A DNA stretch of 64,000 bases from Methanobacteriota archaeon (GCA_963787255.1 CAWBCJ010000025.1:128001-192000); one strand, 5' to 3'. Numbered from the stretch's first letter, positions 23,654 through 35,358 are shown. Made by a program: numbers and translations. The notes: generated by a model not told the origin, from the letters alone.

Positions 23654-24664
23654 ATGAAAATCAGCATGGCACACGGCGCTGGCGGCGAAATGATGCAGAG
23701 TCTAATATCAGATATTATACTCAATAATATTAAAAATAAAAATGTGAATGGTGGAATTGGACTTGGAGAACTGGATGATGGAGCTACAATTCCCTTTGGC
23801 GATTATGAAATTGTAATTAGTACAGACAGCCACACAATTGACCCTATATTCTTCCCTGGAGGAGACATAGGAAAATTATCAATTACTGGAACTGTTAATG
23901 ATGTGGCAGTAATGGGTGCAAAACCTCTTGCTATTGCAAATGCAATGGTCATAAGTGAAGGATTTACAAGCGATGAATTTGAAAGATTAATAAAATCTAT
24001 GGACGAAGCATGCACCGAATCTGGTGTGGCTCTTGTAACTGGAGATACCAAGGTTATGGAAAGAGATAAACTTGATAAAATTATTATTTCCACAACAGGA
24101 ATTGGAATAGCTAAAAAAGGCCAAATTACAAGCGATGCAGCTCTTGAAGTAGGTAATAAAATTATTTTATCTGGTAGCGTTGGAGATCACGGGATTGCTT
24201 TAATGTCATATCGTGAAGGATTTGGATTTGAAACTGATTTACAGTCAGACGTTGCACCTGTAGTTGAAATGACTGAAAAAGCTCTAAAAATAGGTGGAGT
24301 AAAATCAATGAAGGATCCAACAAGAGGCGGGATTGCAAATGCTTTAAACGAGCTTGCATCAAAATCAGGTGTTGGAATGATGATTTATGAGGATAAGATT
24401 CCGGTTAAAGCGCAGGTTCATGCAGCATCTGAAATGCTTGGAATTGACCCATTTGAAGTTGCAAACGAAGGAAAAGTTGTAATGGGTGTTGAAGCGGAGA
24501 AAGCAGATGAAATATTAGAAGCATTAAGAAAAACTAAGTATGGTAAGGAAGCTCAAATAATTGGGGAAGTCACAGAAGATAAACATGTGATTATGGAAAC
24601 TTTATTGGGTGGAAAAAGAATTTTAGAAGCTCCAATAGCTGATCCTGTACCACGGGTTTGTTAA
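23654..24664 (+). CDS. hypE: Hydrogenase maturation protein HypE
   Basis: HGAGG, FFPGGDIGKL, GDTKV, KDPTRGG, ANEGK, C-terminal PRVC. Confidence 0.96.
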   Translation: MKISMAHGAGGEMMQSLISDIILNNIKNKNVNGGIGLGELDDGATIPFGDYEIVISTDSHTIDPIFFPGGDIGKLSITGTVNDVAVMGAKPLAIANAMVISEGFTSDEFERLIKSMDEACTESGVALVTGDTKVMERDKLDKIIISTTGIGIAKKGQITSDAALEVGNKIILSGSVGDHGIALMSYREGFGFETDLQSDVAPVVEMTEKALKIGGVKSMKDPTRGGIANALNELASKSGVGMMIYEDKIPVKAQVHAASEMLGIDPFEVANEGKVVMGVEAEKADEILEALRKTKYGKEAQIIGEVTEDKHVIMETLLGGKRILEAPIADPVPRVC

Positions 24665-24685
24665 AAAAAGGTTGAAGGGGTAAAA

Positions 24686-25084
24686 ATGGAGAGTTTGTGG
24701 GGAAAGAGGTTTTTAGCATTATTTATTGATGTTATAGTTGTGATGCTCATTGTATGGATTTTAAGCGCGCTTATTTATCCTTTAATTGCATCAACTGACA
24801 TATATGGTATTTTAAATTACTGGCTTATTTTATCTGCATTAATAATTATAGGGTATTTCACATATCTTGAAGGTAAATTTGGCTTAACTTTGGGAAAGTA
24901 CATAATTAAAATAAAAGTCGTAGCTGATGAAGGTAATATGAATTATGGAAAAGCTTTTAAGAGAAACTTATCCAAAATTTTATGGTTCCCATTAATCATT
25001 GATGTTTTAGCTGGATATGTAAGTGGAAATTCAAAAATTAGATATCTTGATAAGTTCGCTGGAACTAACGTAGTTCCATTGTAG
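24686..25084 (+). CDS. RDD family membrane protein
   Basis: KRFLALFID, TLGKYIIKIKVV, RN, RYLDKFAGT.VV. Confidence 0.88.
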   Translation: MESLWGKRFLALFIDVIVVMLIVWILSALIYPLIASTDIYGILNYWLILSALIIIGYFTYLEGKFGLTLGKYIIKIKVVADEGNMNYGKAFKRNLSKILWFPLIIDVLAGYVSGNSKIRYLDKFAGTNVVPL

Positions 25085-25348
25085 ATTTTAAATGAGTTTG
25101 ATGGGTTCAACTTGAACATGAGTTTTATTTTTTTAATTTTTTTTTATATATTCTTTATTTTTCAAGTTTTTTTTTTAAAGGTTTTTTTTCGCTTATTTTT
25201 AGTATTTTATGGTTAAATTTGGTTATATGTTGGAAGATGTTTGTTATTTGGCTTTTTTTCTTTTAATTAAAAATAGTAATATATATAATATAGTATTAAT
25301 ATATTAATTATAGGTATTACTATATTAACTTAAAAAAGAGAGATCTAA

Positions 25349-25492
25349 ATGACAAAATGTCCAACATGTGAAGATACAGAAAAAATAAAGCACATATCAA
25401 AATTTCTAACCGGTTATAGTGTAGAAATTCAATGCATCTGCGGAAGTTGCGGAAATGTATTTAGAGAAATATTAGATGATGAAGCCTGGTAA
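25349..25492 (+). CDS. Small Zn-ribbon protein (47 aa)
   Basis: Manual translation MTKCPTCEDTEKIKHISKFLTGYSVEIQCICGSCGNVFREILDDEAW; purine-rich leader; T-run downstream. Confidence 0.7.
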   Translation: MTKCPTCEDTEKIKHISKFLTGYSVEIQCICGSCGNVFREILDDEAW

Positions 25493-25726
25493 CTCAAAAA
25501 ATTTTTTTTTATTAAAAAAAGTCTAATATTATTTAAAATAATTAATTTGCATGCTAATTTTAATCCTTATTTTAACCTATAATAAAACTCTCTTTAGAAA
25601 ACAGAGTTAATAATTAGTTCAAGGCTAATAATTCAAATAAATCTATATTAATAGAAATAATAGTAAAAATAGAATATAATAGAATAATAGTTTCGAATAA
25701 TAAATCCACTTAAGTTGTGAATAATT

Positions 25727-26380
25727 ATGAGTAAAGGACAAGATTATAACAAAAATACATTCATGGGAGCTTCAACTAAACAAGGCTATGACATAGCTTC
25801 TAAAAGCAGAGAAATAGTCAGATCATTAATCAGCGATAAAATAAAGGATCTAAAAGAAGAAGAAAAATCAATTATTGAAAGAATCGTCCATTCAACAGCA
25901 GACCCTGAATATGCAGATATAACAAAAATATCACCAGATTTTATAAACGAAAGCATAAAATCTGTTAAAAACAAAAAAGATATTTTAACAGACATAAACA
26001 TGGTAAAAACAGGAATAAACAAGTACGAAGGTAAAATAAACTGTTATATAAATCACGAAGAAGCCATAAATCTTGCAAAAGAAGAACAGATAACCCGTGC
26101 AGCAGCAGCAGTAAGAGTTGCACATCAAAAAGGTTTTGATGGGATTATAGTAATCGGTAATGCACCTACAGCCCTTTTTGAAGCCATAAATCTTGCTGAA
26201 AATGAAGGAATGAAAGTTAGATCAATTATTGGAGTTCCAGTAGGATTTGTTGGGGCTGCAGAATCAAAAGAAGCGCTTCAAAGAACAAAAATCCCTAATC
26301 TTATAACAGAAGGGCCCAAAGGAGGAACTCCGGTGGCTGTTGCAGTTGCAAATTCTATTATAACGCTTGCAATGAAATAA
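25727..26380 (+). CDS. cbiC: Cobalt-precorrin-8 methylmutase
   Basis: RIVHSTAD, TDINMV, TRAAAA, IGNAPTAL, GVPVGFVGAAESK, GPKGGTPVA. Confidence 0.93.
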   Translation: MSKGQDYNKNTFMGASTKQGYDIASKSREIVRSLISDKIKDLKEEEKSIIERIVHSTADPEYADITKISPDFINESIKSVKNKKDILTDINMVKTGINKYEGKINCYINHEEAINLAKEEQITRAAAAVRVAHQKGFDGIIVIGNAPTALFEAINLAENEGMKVRSIIGVPVGFVGAAESKEALQRTKIPNLITEGPKGGTPVAVAVANSIITLAMK

Positions 26381-26461
26381 CAAATTAATATAATTCCATT
26401 TAAAAAAATATTTTATATTTAATTTAAAAGAAATCAGTATTTTCAGGGGAGTTGTAATGAT

Positions 26462-27721
26462 ATGAAATCAGAAGAACTATTTAATGAAGCCAAAAATTAT
26501 CTTCCAGGTGGAGTAAATTCTCCAGTTAGAGCGTATAAACCTTATCCTTTCTTTGCAAAACACGGAAAAGGATCAAAAATCTTTGATGTTGACGGAAATA
26601 CTTATATTGATTATTGCCTTGCTTACGGACCACTGGTTCTAGGTCATGCAAACTATGGAATAATGCAAGCTGTCAAAAACCAGTTGGAGGCAGGTTCAGC
26701 TTTTGGTGTTCCAACTGAAAAGGAAATAGACCTTGCCAAACTTGTAATAAAAAAAGTACCCTGTGCTGAAATGGTCAGATTCGTAAATTCAGGTACTGAA
26801 GCTACAATGAGTGCAATAAGACTTGCAAGAGCAGCAACCGGTAAAAAAAAGATAATTAAATTTGAAGGCTCTTATCATGGTGCTCACGATTATGTACTTG
26901 TAAAATCTGGCTCTGGAGCTGTAGGATTACCTGATTCACCGGGAGTTCCAGAAGAAACTACCAAAAACACTGTTTTAATCCCATTTAATGATGAAAAAGC
27001 TTTAACTGAAATAATTGAAAAAGAAGAAAACCAGATCGCTGCGATTATTGTTGAACCAATAATGGGAAATATAGGATGTATTTTACCAAAAGATGGTTAT
27101 TTAAAATTCTTACGCGAAATCACTGCCTATAATAATATTATTTTAATATTTGATGAAGTAATCACGGGATTCAGGATAGCAGAAGGTGGAGCACAAGAAT
27201 ATTTTGGTGTTACTCCTGATCTAGTTACACTTGGAAAAATTCTCGGAGGCGGCTTCCCCATGGGTGCCATAGCCGGTAAAAAAGATTTAATGGAAATGAT
27301 AGCACCATCAGGAAGTGTATATCAAGCAGGAACATTTAATGGAAATCCTATATCAGTTACAGCAGGACTTGCCATGCTAAAACAGCTTGATAACAGTTTC
27401 TATAATGAACTGAATAAAAAAGGAGATAAAATGAGAACTGGATTAAAGAACATTCTTAATGATAATGCTATTGAATTCAATGTAGCCGGTTTAAGCTCTA
27501 TGTTCCAGATATACTTTACAGATGAAGAAGTATATGATTATAACAGTGCAAAATCGGCGGATACAGAAAAATTCAACATTTATTTCCATGAATTACTTAA
27601 AAAAGGTGTTTTTGTTCCACCTTCACAATTCGAGTGCTGTTTTATTTCTTTAATGCATGACAATGAAAGTATTGAGAAAACTCTAGAAATTGTAGATTCT
27701 GCTTTAAAATCAATTAAATAA
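26462..27721 (+). CDS. hemL: Glutamate-1-semialdehyde 2,1-aminomutase
   Basis: [52 protein letters not shown]. Confidence 0.97.
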   Translation: MKSEELFNEAKNYLPGGVNSPVRAYKPYPFFAKHGKGSKIFDVDGNTYIDYCLAYGPLVLGHANYGIMQAVKNQLEAGSAFGVPTEKEIDLAKLVIKKVPCAEMVRFVNSGTEATMSAIRLARAATGKKKIIKFEGSYHGAHDYVLVKSGSGAVGLPDSPGVPEETTKNTVLIPFNDEKALTEIIEKEENQIAAIIVEPIMGNIGCILPKDGYLKFLREITAYNNIILIFDEVITGFRIAEGGAQEYFGVTPDLVTLGKILGGGFPMGAIAGKKDLMEMIAPSGSVYQAGTFNGNPISVTAGLAMLKQLDNSFYNELNKKGDKMRTGLKNILNDNAIEFNVAGLSSMFQIYFTDEEVYDYNSAKSADTEKFNIYFHELLKKGVFVPPSQFECCFISLMHDNESIEKTLEIVDSALKSIK

Positions 27722-27741
27722 AAACTATAATTTCTTTTTTT

Positions 27742-28443
27742 TTATTTTATTGCATAAATGGTAATAATGCTTAAAAAAATGATTATTAGTGTTAGAGTTC
27801 CTATTTTTGCATAAGGATTGTAAATAATACTTTTAGTGTTAAATGGTTTATTTTTACGTTTGTCTTTTACATAGGAAATCAAATGTTTTTCTTTTTCTAT
27901 GATATCATCTATGATCATTTTCTGGCTATTAAGATCATTTTTCATATCTTTTTCTTCTATCAAATCCCATAATGACCAGTCATTGTCTTTAATTTCTGTT
28001 ATTTGTTCTTCACTAATATTGTTTAGAATTATTTCTTGTTTTTGGACGTTTTCGTACAGTTTTTCCATAAATATTTTACGTTCCTGTGCCTTGACTCTTA
28101 TTACATCCACAATTTGCTGCAATTCTGCGTATTCATCATAATATTCCTCATTAAGATCATGAAGAGCGTCATATTCATAATCGGGGTTGTGGGGAGAATT
28201 GAATTTATTTGTAGAACTAGAAATTCGAGGTTTTCTTATGTATTTATTCTCCCTATATTCTAAAGGACTTCCACATTCACACTCTTTAAAATCTTCAGGA
28301 GATTCATTTTCTTTTAGTTTATAATATCCTAAACAGCTGTTACATATAAGATATCCGTTATCTATCTTTGTATCCTCATTTTTCCCGTATATTCTTTTTA
28401 TCTCTTCAAATTTATTTTTTCCTACATTTCTTTTTTGATCCAC
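27742..28443 (-). CDS. Zn-ribbon + coiled-coil protein with C-terminal membrane anchor
   Basis: [12 protein letters not shown]...[10 protein letters not shown]; acidic helical middle; terminal hydrophobic helix. Confidence 0.7.
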   Translation of the reverse strand: MDQKRNVGKNKFEEIKRIYGKNEDTKIDNGYLICNSCLGYYKLKENESPEDFKECECGSPLEYRENKYIRKPRISSSTNKFNSPHNPDYEYDALHDLNEEYYDEYAELQQIVDVIRVKAQERKIFMEKLYENVQKQEIILNNISEEQITEIKDNDWSLWDLIEEKDMKNDLNSQKMIIDDIIEKEKHLISYVKDKRKNKPFNTKSIIYNPYAKIGTLTLIIIFLSIITIYAIK

Positions 28444-28944
28444 AAAAATACCACCCTTTTTTAAGGTTCTTTTCCAAAAAATCTCATAGAAAATTTAAAG
28501 GGATTAAGTTTTACTTAACAGAGGATTTTAACCTAAATGAGAATGAATTTTTTAACTTAAGTTCCCTTTATGCCTATATATGTTAATATTTACTTAATTA
28601 ATATTATAAGTATTTTATGTATTGTTTTTAAGTATGAAATGATATAAGTGGGATTATTTTTATTAAATATTAAAAATAATGTAATAAATATTAATATCCC
28701 GGTAATAAAAATATTATTCACCAATTCACATAACATAAAAGGTATACAAAATAAATTAACCTCACATAATAATCCTTAAACACCATAACTTCGAAAAATA
28801 AGAGATATATAATAAATAAATTAACAAAATTCTCATTCATGCTTTTAAAAACTATATATAAAAAGTTATTATAACCTCTATAATACACTAATAATTGTCA
28901 TTAATTTAAAGAAAAATATTAAAAAAAATATCCGGCGGAAAAAA

Positions 28945-29680
28945 ATGAAAATTGCGGCAGGCCTCGGAGAAAACGAAAATATAGTTGAAGCTTCAAAAAT
29001 GGTAAACTTCGAGGTTATTTTAACCGAATCTGAAGAAGAATTAATTGACATGCTGCTAAATAAAAAAGCTGATGCCGCTATAAGAGGCTCTTTAAGTTCT
29101 TCAAATATAATGAGTATTTTAAGAAAAAAATATGGCAATAATATATACAGGGCTTCATTTTTAGAAGTAAATGGCCATAAATTTCTTTTTGCCCCAGTTG
29201 GAATTGATGAAGGAGATAATTTAGAGGATAAAAAGAAAATAATAGAATTAGGAGCCAAATTTTTATTAAAACTTGGAATTAAACCTGAAATTGGTATTCT
29301 TTCAGGTGGAAGACCTCAAGATATAGGTAGAAGTCCTAAAATTGATAATTCTATTGAAGAAGGAGTAAGTTTAACAGAAGATCATAAAAGATAAATATTT
29401 TGTAAAACATTATTTTATATTAATAGAAGATGCTATAAAAGATAATGTAAACTTTATTTTGGCACCAGACGGAATTTCTGGAAACTTAATCTTTAGAACT
29501 CTTGTTTTTTTAGGTTCAGGAAAAAGTCACGGTGCCGTAACACTTGGAATAGACGAAATTTTCTTGGATACATCAAGATCACAGACTGTAGAAGGATATA
29601 ATAGAGCTTTAGAATTTTCATATTATCTAGCAAGACTAAAGAGTAGGAGTGAAAATGGAACCACTAAAACCACTTTATAA
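28945..29680 (+). CDS. mtxX: Methanogenesis marker protein Mmp4/MtxX, one +1 insertion near 29378
   Basis: [24 protein letters not shown]; after removing one base ...[18 protein letters not shown]...[19 protein letters not shown]. Confidence 0.88.
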
Positions 29681-30422
29681 AACTTACGAATGGTACATAT
29701 CAAGGAATCTTAAGCCTGAAAATATGCCAAAACATATTGCAATAATAATGGACGGTAACAGGCGTTATTCAAAATTAATGGGTAATATGCTAGCTATAGA
29801 AGGCCATAAAAGAGGAGTAAGCACTCTTGAAAAAGTTTTAGACTGGTCAATTGAACTGGGAATAGAAATAGTAACAGCATATGCATTTTCTACTGAGAAC
29901 TTTAACCGCCCCTCAGAGGAAGTTAAAGATTTGATGAAGCTTTTCCAGAAAAATTTTGAAGGAATAGCCAATAACCCCAAGATCCACAAGAACAAGGTAA
30001 GGGTTAAGGCAGTTGGTAATTTAGATTTACTTCCACAAAACGTTAGAGAGGCCATAAAGATTGCAGAAGACTCAACAGCGGCATACGATAAGAGACTAGT
30101 TAACATTGCAATTGGCTATGACGGACGTATGGAAATAATTGATGCTATAAAAAAGATATCAAAGGAAGTTAAGGAAGGAAAATTAGATTCAGATAAGATT
30201 GATGAAAAAATGGTTAGTGAAAATTTATACACAGCAGGATTAGATGATCCTAATTTAATAATAAGAACAAGCGGGGAAGAAAGACTAAGTGGCTTCCTTT
30301 TATGGCAGTCTTCATATTCGGAACTTTATTTCTGCGATAGTTTATGGCCAGAACTTCGAAAAGTAGACTTTTTAAGGGCATTAAGATCTTATCAAGAAAG
30401 AGAAAGACGTTTTGGAATTTAA
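29655..30422 (+). CDS. uppS: Polyprenyl diphosphate synthase (cis-prenyltransferase)
   Basis: [43 protein letters not shown]. Confidence 0.96.
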   Translation: MEPLKPLYKTYEWYISRNLKPENMPKHIAIIMDGNRRYSKLMGNMLAIEGHKRGVSTLEKVLDWSIELGIEIVTAYAFSTENFNRPSEEVKDLMKLFQKNFEGIANNPKIHKNKVRVKAVGNLDLLPQNVREAIKIAEDSTAAYDKRLVNIAIGYDGRMEIIDAIKKISKEVKEGKLDSDKIDEKMVSENLYTAGLDDPNLIIRTSGEERLSGFLLWQSSYSELYFCDSLWPELRKVDFLRALRSYQERERRFGI

Positions 30423-30472
30423 AATCACTTCCATTACATTATTTTTATACTAATTTTATTGAGGTAAAATTT

Positions 30473-31231
30473 ATGATTGACGCACATTGTCATGTTGATT
30501 TTAAAGAATTTAATAAAAACAGAGAAGAAGTAATGGGTAGAGCAAAGAAAAAACTGAATGCAATTGTAAATTCAGGAGCCACTTTAGGTGGTAATAGGCG
30601 TACTTTAAAATTAATTGAAGAATACAAAGGATTTCTGCACGGAACATTGGGATTTCATCCAGTAAACGCGTCTAAGGCAGATTCATCAATAATTAAACAG
30701 GCTTTTAAGGAAATAAATGAAAATATTGATAAAGCAGTAGCTCTTGGAGAAACAGGCCTTGATTTTCACCATGTAGAAGATACTGAAAAAAGAAACAGAC
30801 AGATAAAAGTTTTCAGGTCATTTATGGATCTTGCAAATGAATATGAAATGCCATTAATAATCCATGCCAGAGATGCTGAATTGAAATCATTTGAAATGAT
30901 AAAGAAATATTCAAAGGATATTGACGTTATATTCCATTGTTACGGTGGTAATCTGGAAACGATGAATAAAATCATAGAAGAAAGTTATTACATTTCCTAT
31001 TCAACTGTAATTTGTTATTCTGATTATCACAGCGAGCTGGTTGAACAAACACCATTAGAAAATATTCTTACTGAAACTGACAGCCCCTATCTTTCACCTT
31101 TCAAGGGTCAAAAGAACGAACCTGCATTTGTAGAAGAAACAGTTAAAAAAATTGCAGAAATCAAATCAATATCTCCTTTGAAAGTGGATAAAAAAACAGA
31201 AAAAAATGCAAGAAAAGTTTTTGAAATTTAA
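30473..31231 (+). CDS. tatD: TatD family hydrolase
   Basis: MIDAHCH after RBS GAGGT; [26 protein letters not shown]. Confidence 0.92.
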   Translation: MIDAHCHVDFKEFNKNREEVMGRAKKKLNAIVNSGATLGGNRRTLKLIEEYKGFLHGTLGFHPVNASKADSSIIKQAFKEINENIDKAVALGETGLDFHHVEDTEKRNRQIKVFRSFMDLANEYEMPLIIHARDAELKSFEMIKKYSKDIDVIFHCYGGNLETMNKIIEESYYISYSTVICYSDYHSELVEQTPLENILTETDSPYLSPFKGQKNEPAFVEETVKKIAEIKSISPLKVDKKTEKNARKVFEI

Positions 31232-31251
31232 CATAAAATAACATAAGTTAC

Positions 31252-31632
31252 TTATTCTTCATCTAATTCTTCAAAAACTTCCTTTGCAGCGTTTATTCCA
31301 TTTAACGCTGCTGGAAAACCAGCATAAACAGCCATCTGGATTAAAACTTCTACAATCTCTTCGCGGGTGCAGCCAACATTTAAAGCGCCTTTAACATGGC
31401 TTTTAAGTTGTACTGGGGCAGTTCCCAATGCAGTAATTGCCGCAATAGTTACAAGTTCCCTTGTTTTTAAATCCAAACCTGGACGAGTGTATACGTCACC
31501 ATAAGCAAATTCAGCAACAAAACGCGCTAAATCAGGGGCAATGTCCTCTAAATTATCTTCTAATTGTTTATAAGATTTTGGATTCATTATTTTAAGCATT
31601 TCTATTCCTTTTTTGTAACGATCTTCACTCAT
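31252..31632 (-). CDS. Carboxymuconolactone decarboxylase family protein
   Basis: [37 protein letters not shown]. Confidence 0.9.
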   Translation of the reverse strand: MSEDRYKKGIEMLKIMNPKSYKQLEDNLEDIAPDLARFVAEFAYGDVYTRPGLDLKTRELVTIAAITALGTAPVQLKSHVKGALNVGCTREEIVEVLIQMAVYAGFPAALNGINAAKEVFEELDEE

Positions 31633-31760
31633 TTTTTTCCCTCCAATTCATTTTTTTTAATGAATTTTAAAAGAAATACTATAATTAGTTAAATGGAGCA
31701 AATATTTAAATTACTCCTTAAATCACATAAGAATAATAAACATAAATTAGGTGAATCAAG

Positions 31761-32021
31761 ATGAAAATAAAGATTTTATGTACATTAGTACTTGCAATTT
31801 TTTTACTGAGTGTCCAATCTGCTAGCGCAGCTCCCCAGGACACTATAAATAATGTAACTGATACCGCACAACAAACACTTAACAATGCATCTGCAACAGC
31901 AAATCAAACAGCTCAGGAAGTGCAGCAAACATTAAATCCAATTCAAAGTATTCTAAACAGTATTAATTCAATTATACAGCAAATTCAACAAATATTCTCA
32001 GCATTTGGCGGTGGACAATAA
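31761..32021 (+). CDS. Small secreted Q/N-rich protein
   Basis: RBS GGTGA; signal peptide ending SASA; amphipathic low-complexity helix. Confidence 0.65.
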   Translation: MKIKILCTLVLAIFLLSVQSASAAPQDTINNVTDTAQQTLNNASATANQTAQEVQQTLNPIQSILNSINSIIQQIQQIFSAFGGGQ

Positions 32022-32059
32022 ACTTATCATTTTTTTTATATTATTTTCAAGTGATTATA

Positions 32060-32710
32060 ATGAAACCTTACGTAATATTAAATGCTGCAATGACATTGGA
32101 TGGCAAAATTGCTACAAAAACAGGCAACTCTGAAATTTCAGGTAAAGAAGACCTAATACGAGTTCATCAACTCAGAAAAGAAATGGACGCAATAATAGTG
32201 GGCATAAATACTCTTCTAGCTGACGATCCAAGATTAACAGTGCATAAAATAGAGGCTAAATCCGAATATAACCCGATAAGGGTAGTTGTTGATAGTAAGG
32301 CACGGACTCCTCTTAATTTTCGTATTTTAAACAAAGAAGCACCTACAATAATTGTTGTAACAGAAAATGCTGACTCACAAAAGGTTAAAGAATTAGAAAA
32401 AAAAGCAAGGGTATTAAAGTGTGGTGAAGATAGGGTTGATCTTAAATCTTTGATGAAGGAACTTTCAAGAATGGGAATAAAGACCTTAATGCTTGAAGGA
32501 GGATCAACGCTGAATTATTCAATGCTTGAAAATGGTCTTGTTGATGAAGTAAGGGTGTGTATAGCTCCAATGATTGCTGGAGGAGTTCACGCAAAAACAC
32601 TTGTTGATGGCGAAGGTATTGAACAGATGAGTGATGCTGTTAAATTAAAATTAATAAAAAGTTATTCTCTGGGTCCTGATTTGATAATTGAGTATAAAGT
32701 GATTAATTAA
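32060..32710 (+). CDS. arfC: 2,5-diamino-6-(ribosylamino)-4(3H)-pyrimidinone 5'-phosphate reductase
   Basis: AMTLDGKIAT, VGINTLLADDPRL, RVVVDS, LEGGSTLN (stand-alone RibD_C domain). Confidence 0.9.
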   Translation: MKPYVILNAAMTLDGKIATKTGNSEISGKEDLIRVHQLRKEMDAIIVGINTLLADDPRLTVHKIEAKSEYNPIRVVVDSKARTPLNFRILNKEAPTIIVVTENADSQKVKELEKKARVLKCGEDRVDLKSLMKELSRMGIKTLMLEGGSTLNYSMLENGLVDEVRVCIAPMIAGGVHAKTLVDGEGIEQMSDAVKLKLIKSYSLGPDLIIEYKVIN

Positions 32711-32822
32711 AGTATTTTTTAGATATTCGAAAAGCTGTAATATGTTGATATAAAAACCAGATGACTACTAAAGAATAATACCTTTCACAAAATTAAATCT
32801 TATATATGGCTGGGTGGAGCAT

Positions 32823-34832
32823 ATGGAAGATAAAAAATACCATAAATCAAGGTTTTACTGGCTATGGCGAACGATAATATTATGGATAGGGTCATCATTA
32901 GGTTTTATGCTTATAGCTTATCTTTCTGTGGGATTAACTATTGATGCATGGGATACAGCATTTATAGCCGCAGCAGTAGTTGGTATTTTAAATGCATTGC
33001 TGTGGCCTCTTTTATCACGTATTTTACTGCCTTTTATGGTCTTTACAGTTGGAATAGGTGCATTGTTAATCAATGGTGCTTTGATATGGTTGGCAAGTAA
33101 TTTTGTTCCAGGAATAACCATAGAAGGAGCTGCACTCATTTTAACTCCAATAGGAATGGCTGCAATTTCAACCCTACTAAATGCAATTGTGACAATAGAC
33201 GACGATGCCACGTGGTATCGGGGAATAAGGGATGCAGTAAAGAAAATTGACAAAAAAGAAGTGAAAAATAAGCCCGGAGTTATCTTCATGGAAATCGACG
33301 GCCTGGCAAAGAATATCCTTCATGAAGCTGTAGAAAGAGGCGACATGCCTACTTTAAAAGGATGGATTAATGAAGGCAGCCATGAAGTTACCGGATGGGA
33401 AACAGATCTTTCAAGCCAAACAGGAGCGAGCCAAGCAGGCCTTCTGCATGGTAACAACGAAGATATTGTAGCATTCCGCTGGGTAGAAAAGGAAAATAAA
33501 AACAAATTTATGGTATCAACTGGATTAAGCGATGCTCCAATAGTTGAAAAACGTATATCTGACGGTAAAGGTCTTCTTGCAATCAAGGGTGCTAGCAGAT
33601 CTAATTTATTCTCTGGAGATGCTGAAGATGTCATATTTACTTTTAGTCAGATGAAAAATCTTGGAAGATTCTACAACAGAGCATGGGATTACGTTTTTTC
33701 CAACCCTTCAAATTTCAGCCGAATTGTATGTCTATTTTTTTGGGACGCACTTCTAGATTATAAATCGCAGATCATGCATCGTATAAATGATATAAAGCCA
33801 CGAATATATCGGGGAATGACTTATCCGTTTGTTAGAGCTGGTGCAAATGTATTTTTACGTGAAATCACAACTCTTGCATTAATTGGAGACATACTAAAAG
33901 GTCATGTAGACATAGCCTATGTTACATATCTTGGATATGATGAAATAGCACATCATTCTGGAGTGAGGGATGAAGACTCTTTCAGGGCTCTTCGAGATAT
34001 TGATAAACAATTCCATCGAGTTGAAATGGCCTCTAAATTAGGTTATCGTGACTACTATTTAGTAATACACTCAGATCACGGCCAAACAAACGGGGCAACT
34101 TTTAAGCAGCGTTATAAAAAAACATTAGAAGACGTAGTTAAAGAATTATTACCAATTGAGACTCAAATATATGCAGACATGTCGCCGAGTACTGGAGATC
34201 ACTTTGGAGCCGCATTTACAGCTCCAGGAGATAGGGTTAAAGGATATTTCAAGGATAAAACCGAAAGCGTAAATGAATATGTACAAAAGTATAAAGTACA
34301 GCCTAAAAAAGTAGATAAACAAGATGCAAATGTAATGGTGCTGGCTTCCGGAAATTTAGGAATGGTTTATTTAACTGATCACACAGAAAGACTAAACTAC
34401 GAGCAGATAAATTTAATATACCCTGATCTAATACCGGGATTGGCTAAACATGAAGGAATTGGTTTTATTCTGGTTAATTCTACTACAAATGGACCCCTGA
34501 TAATAGGTAATAACGGAACTTACTATTTAAAGGATGATAGTTTTGAAGGAGAAAATCCTCTGGCTAATTTCGGCCCAAATGCAGCAGAACACATTAGAAG
34601 AACTAACAGATTTAAATACACTCCAGATATACTGGTTATCAGCTTATACGATCCTGAAAACAATGAAGTAGCGGCTTTTGAGGAATTAGTAGGCAGTCAT
34701 GGTGGCATTGGAGGAGAACAATCGTTTCCATTCATACTGCACCCTACTGAATGGGATCTAGGAGATGATTTGGTAGGTGCAGAAAAGGTTTACAGGGTAT
34801 TTAAAGCAGAAATAGAAAAAATAGGATTATAA
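32823..34832 (+). CDS. 4-TM holin-like domain fused to an alkaline phosphatase/NPP-superfamily domain
   Basis: N-terminal AAAVVGILNALLWPLL...LP...T.G...LLING; catalytic domain EIDGL, SSQTGASQ, YDEIAHH, SDHGQ, SHGG. Confidence 0.8.
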   Translation: MEDKKYHKSRFYWLWRTIILWIGSSLGFMLIAYLSVGLTIDAWDTAFIAAAVVGILNALLWPLLSRILLPFMVFTVGIGALLINGALIWLASNFVPGITIEGAALILTPIGMAAISTLLNAIVTIDDDATWYRGIRDAVKKIDKKEVKNKPGVIFMEIDGLAKNILHEAVERGDMPTLKGWINEGSHEVTGWETDLSSQTGASQAGLLHGNNEDIVAFRWVEKENKNKFMVSTGLSDAPIVEKRISDGKGLLAIKGASRSNLFSGDAEDVIFTFSQMKNLGRFYNRAWDYVFSNPSNFSRIVCLFFWDALLDYKSQIMHRINDIKPRIYRGMTYPFVRAGANVFLREITTLALIGDILKGHVDIAYVTYLGYDEIAHHSGVRDEDSFRALRDIDKQFHRVEMASKLGYRDYYLVIHSDHGQTNGATFKQRYKKTLEDVVKELLPIETQIYADMSPSTGDHFGAAFTAPGDRVKGYFKDKTESVNEYVQKYKVQPKKVDKQDANVMVLASGNLGMVYLTDHTERLNYEQINLIYPDLIPGLAKHEGIGFILVNSTTNGPLIIGNNGTYYLKDDSFEGENPLANFGPNAAEHIRRTNRFKYTPDILVISLYDPENNEVAAFEELVGSHGGIGGEQSFPFILHPTEWDLGDDLVGAEKVYRVFKAEIEKIGL

Positions 34833-34879
34833 AAAAAAAGAAATATTGAATAGGATATTAAATCATCTAGTTATCTCTG

Positions 34880-35035
34880 TTATTTTTTCAATATTAGCAG
34901 GTAAACTCCGAAAATCAGTAAAGCAATGGCTATTATCCAAATTAAGTAAACAAAGAACCATGGAATTCCAAGATATACGACCATTATCAAGAGTGCAACT
35001 ATAATGTAAATTATTCCCATTAGTTTATCGTCCAT
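34880..35035 (-). CDS. Small two-TM membrane protein (51 aa)
   Basis: Manual translation MDDKLMGIIYIIVALLIMVVYLGIPWFFVYLIWIIAIALLIFGVYLLILKK; GGGGGA upstream. Confidence 0.65.
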   Translation of the reverse strand: MDDKLMGIIYIIVALLIMVVYLGIPWFFVYLIWIIAIALLIFGVYLLILKK

Positions 35036-35358
35036 AAAATACATTTCCCCCTAATTTTTTATTATTTATCTATTTAATTATTATTATATTTTTACATTTA
35101 ATACTGAAAATAAAAAATTCATTGCTAAAAAAATGATGAAATTATACCATTCACCTGTTTTTACCGGATAATATAAATTCATAAATCTAAATAAACGATA
35201 TTATAGTCTATTTTTGGACTAGTTTAGAATTTAAAGTGGATTAAATATAATAAAAATCCTTTAAAACTGGTTTTGGCAAAAAAAATAAAAAAGTATCTAT
35301 TGAGATGATTAAAAAATATAATAATAGTATAATTTTTAGAAATGTGGGGGAAATTGTT

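Noticed and set aside
32823-35035. Prophage lysis module
   Set aside because: No endoisopeptidase, capsid, terminase or integrase nearby; flanks are housekeeping genes
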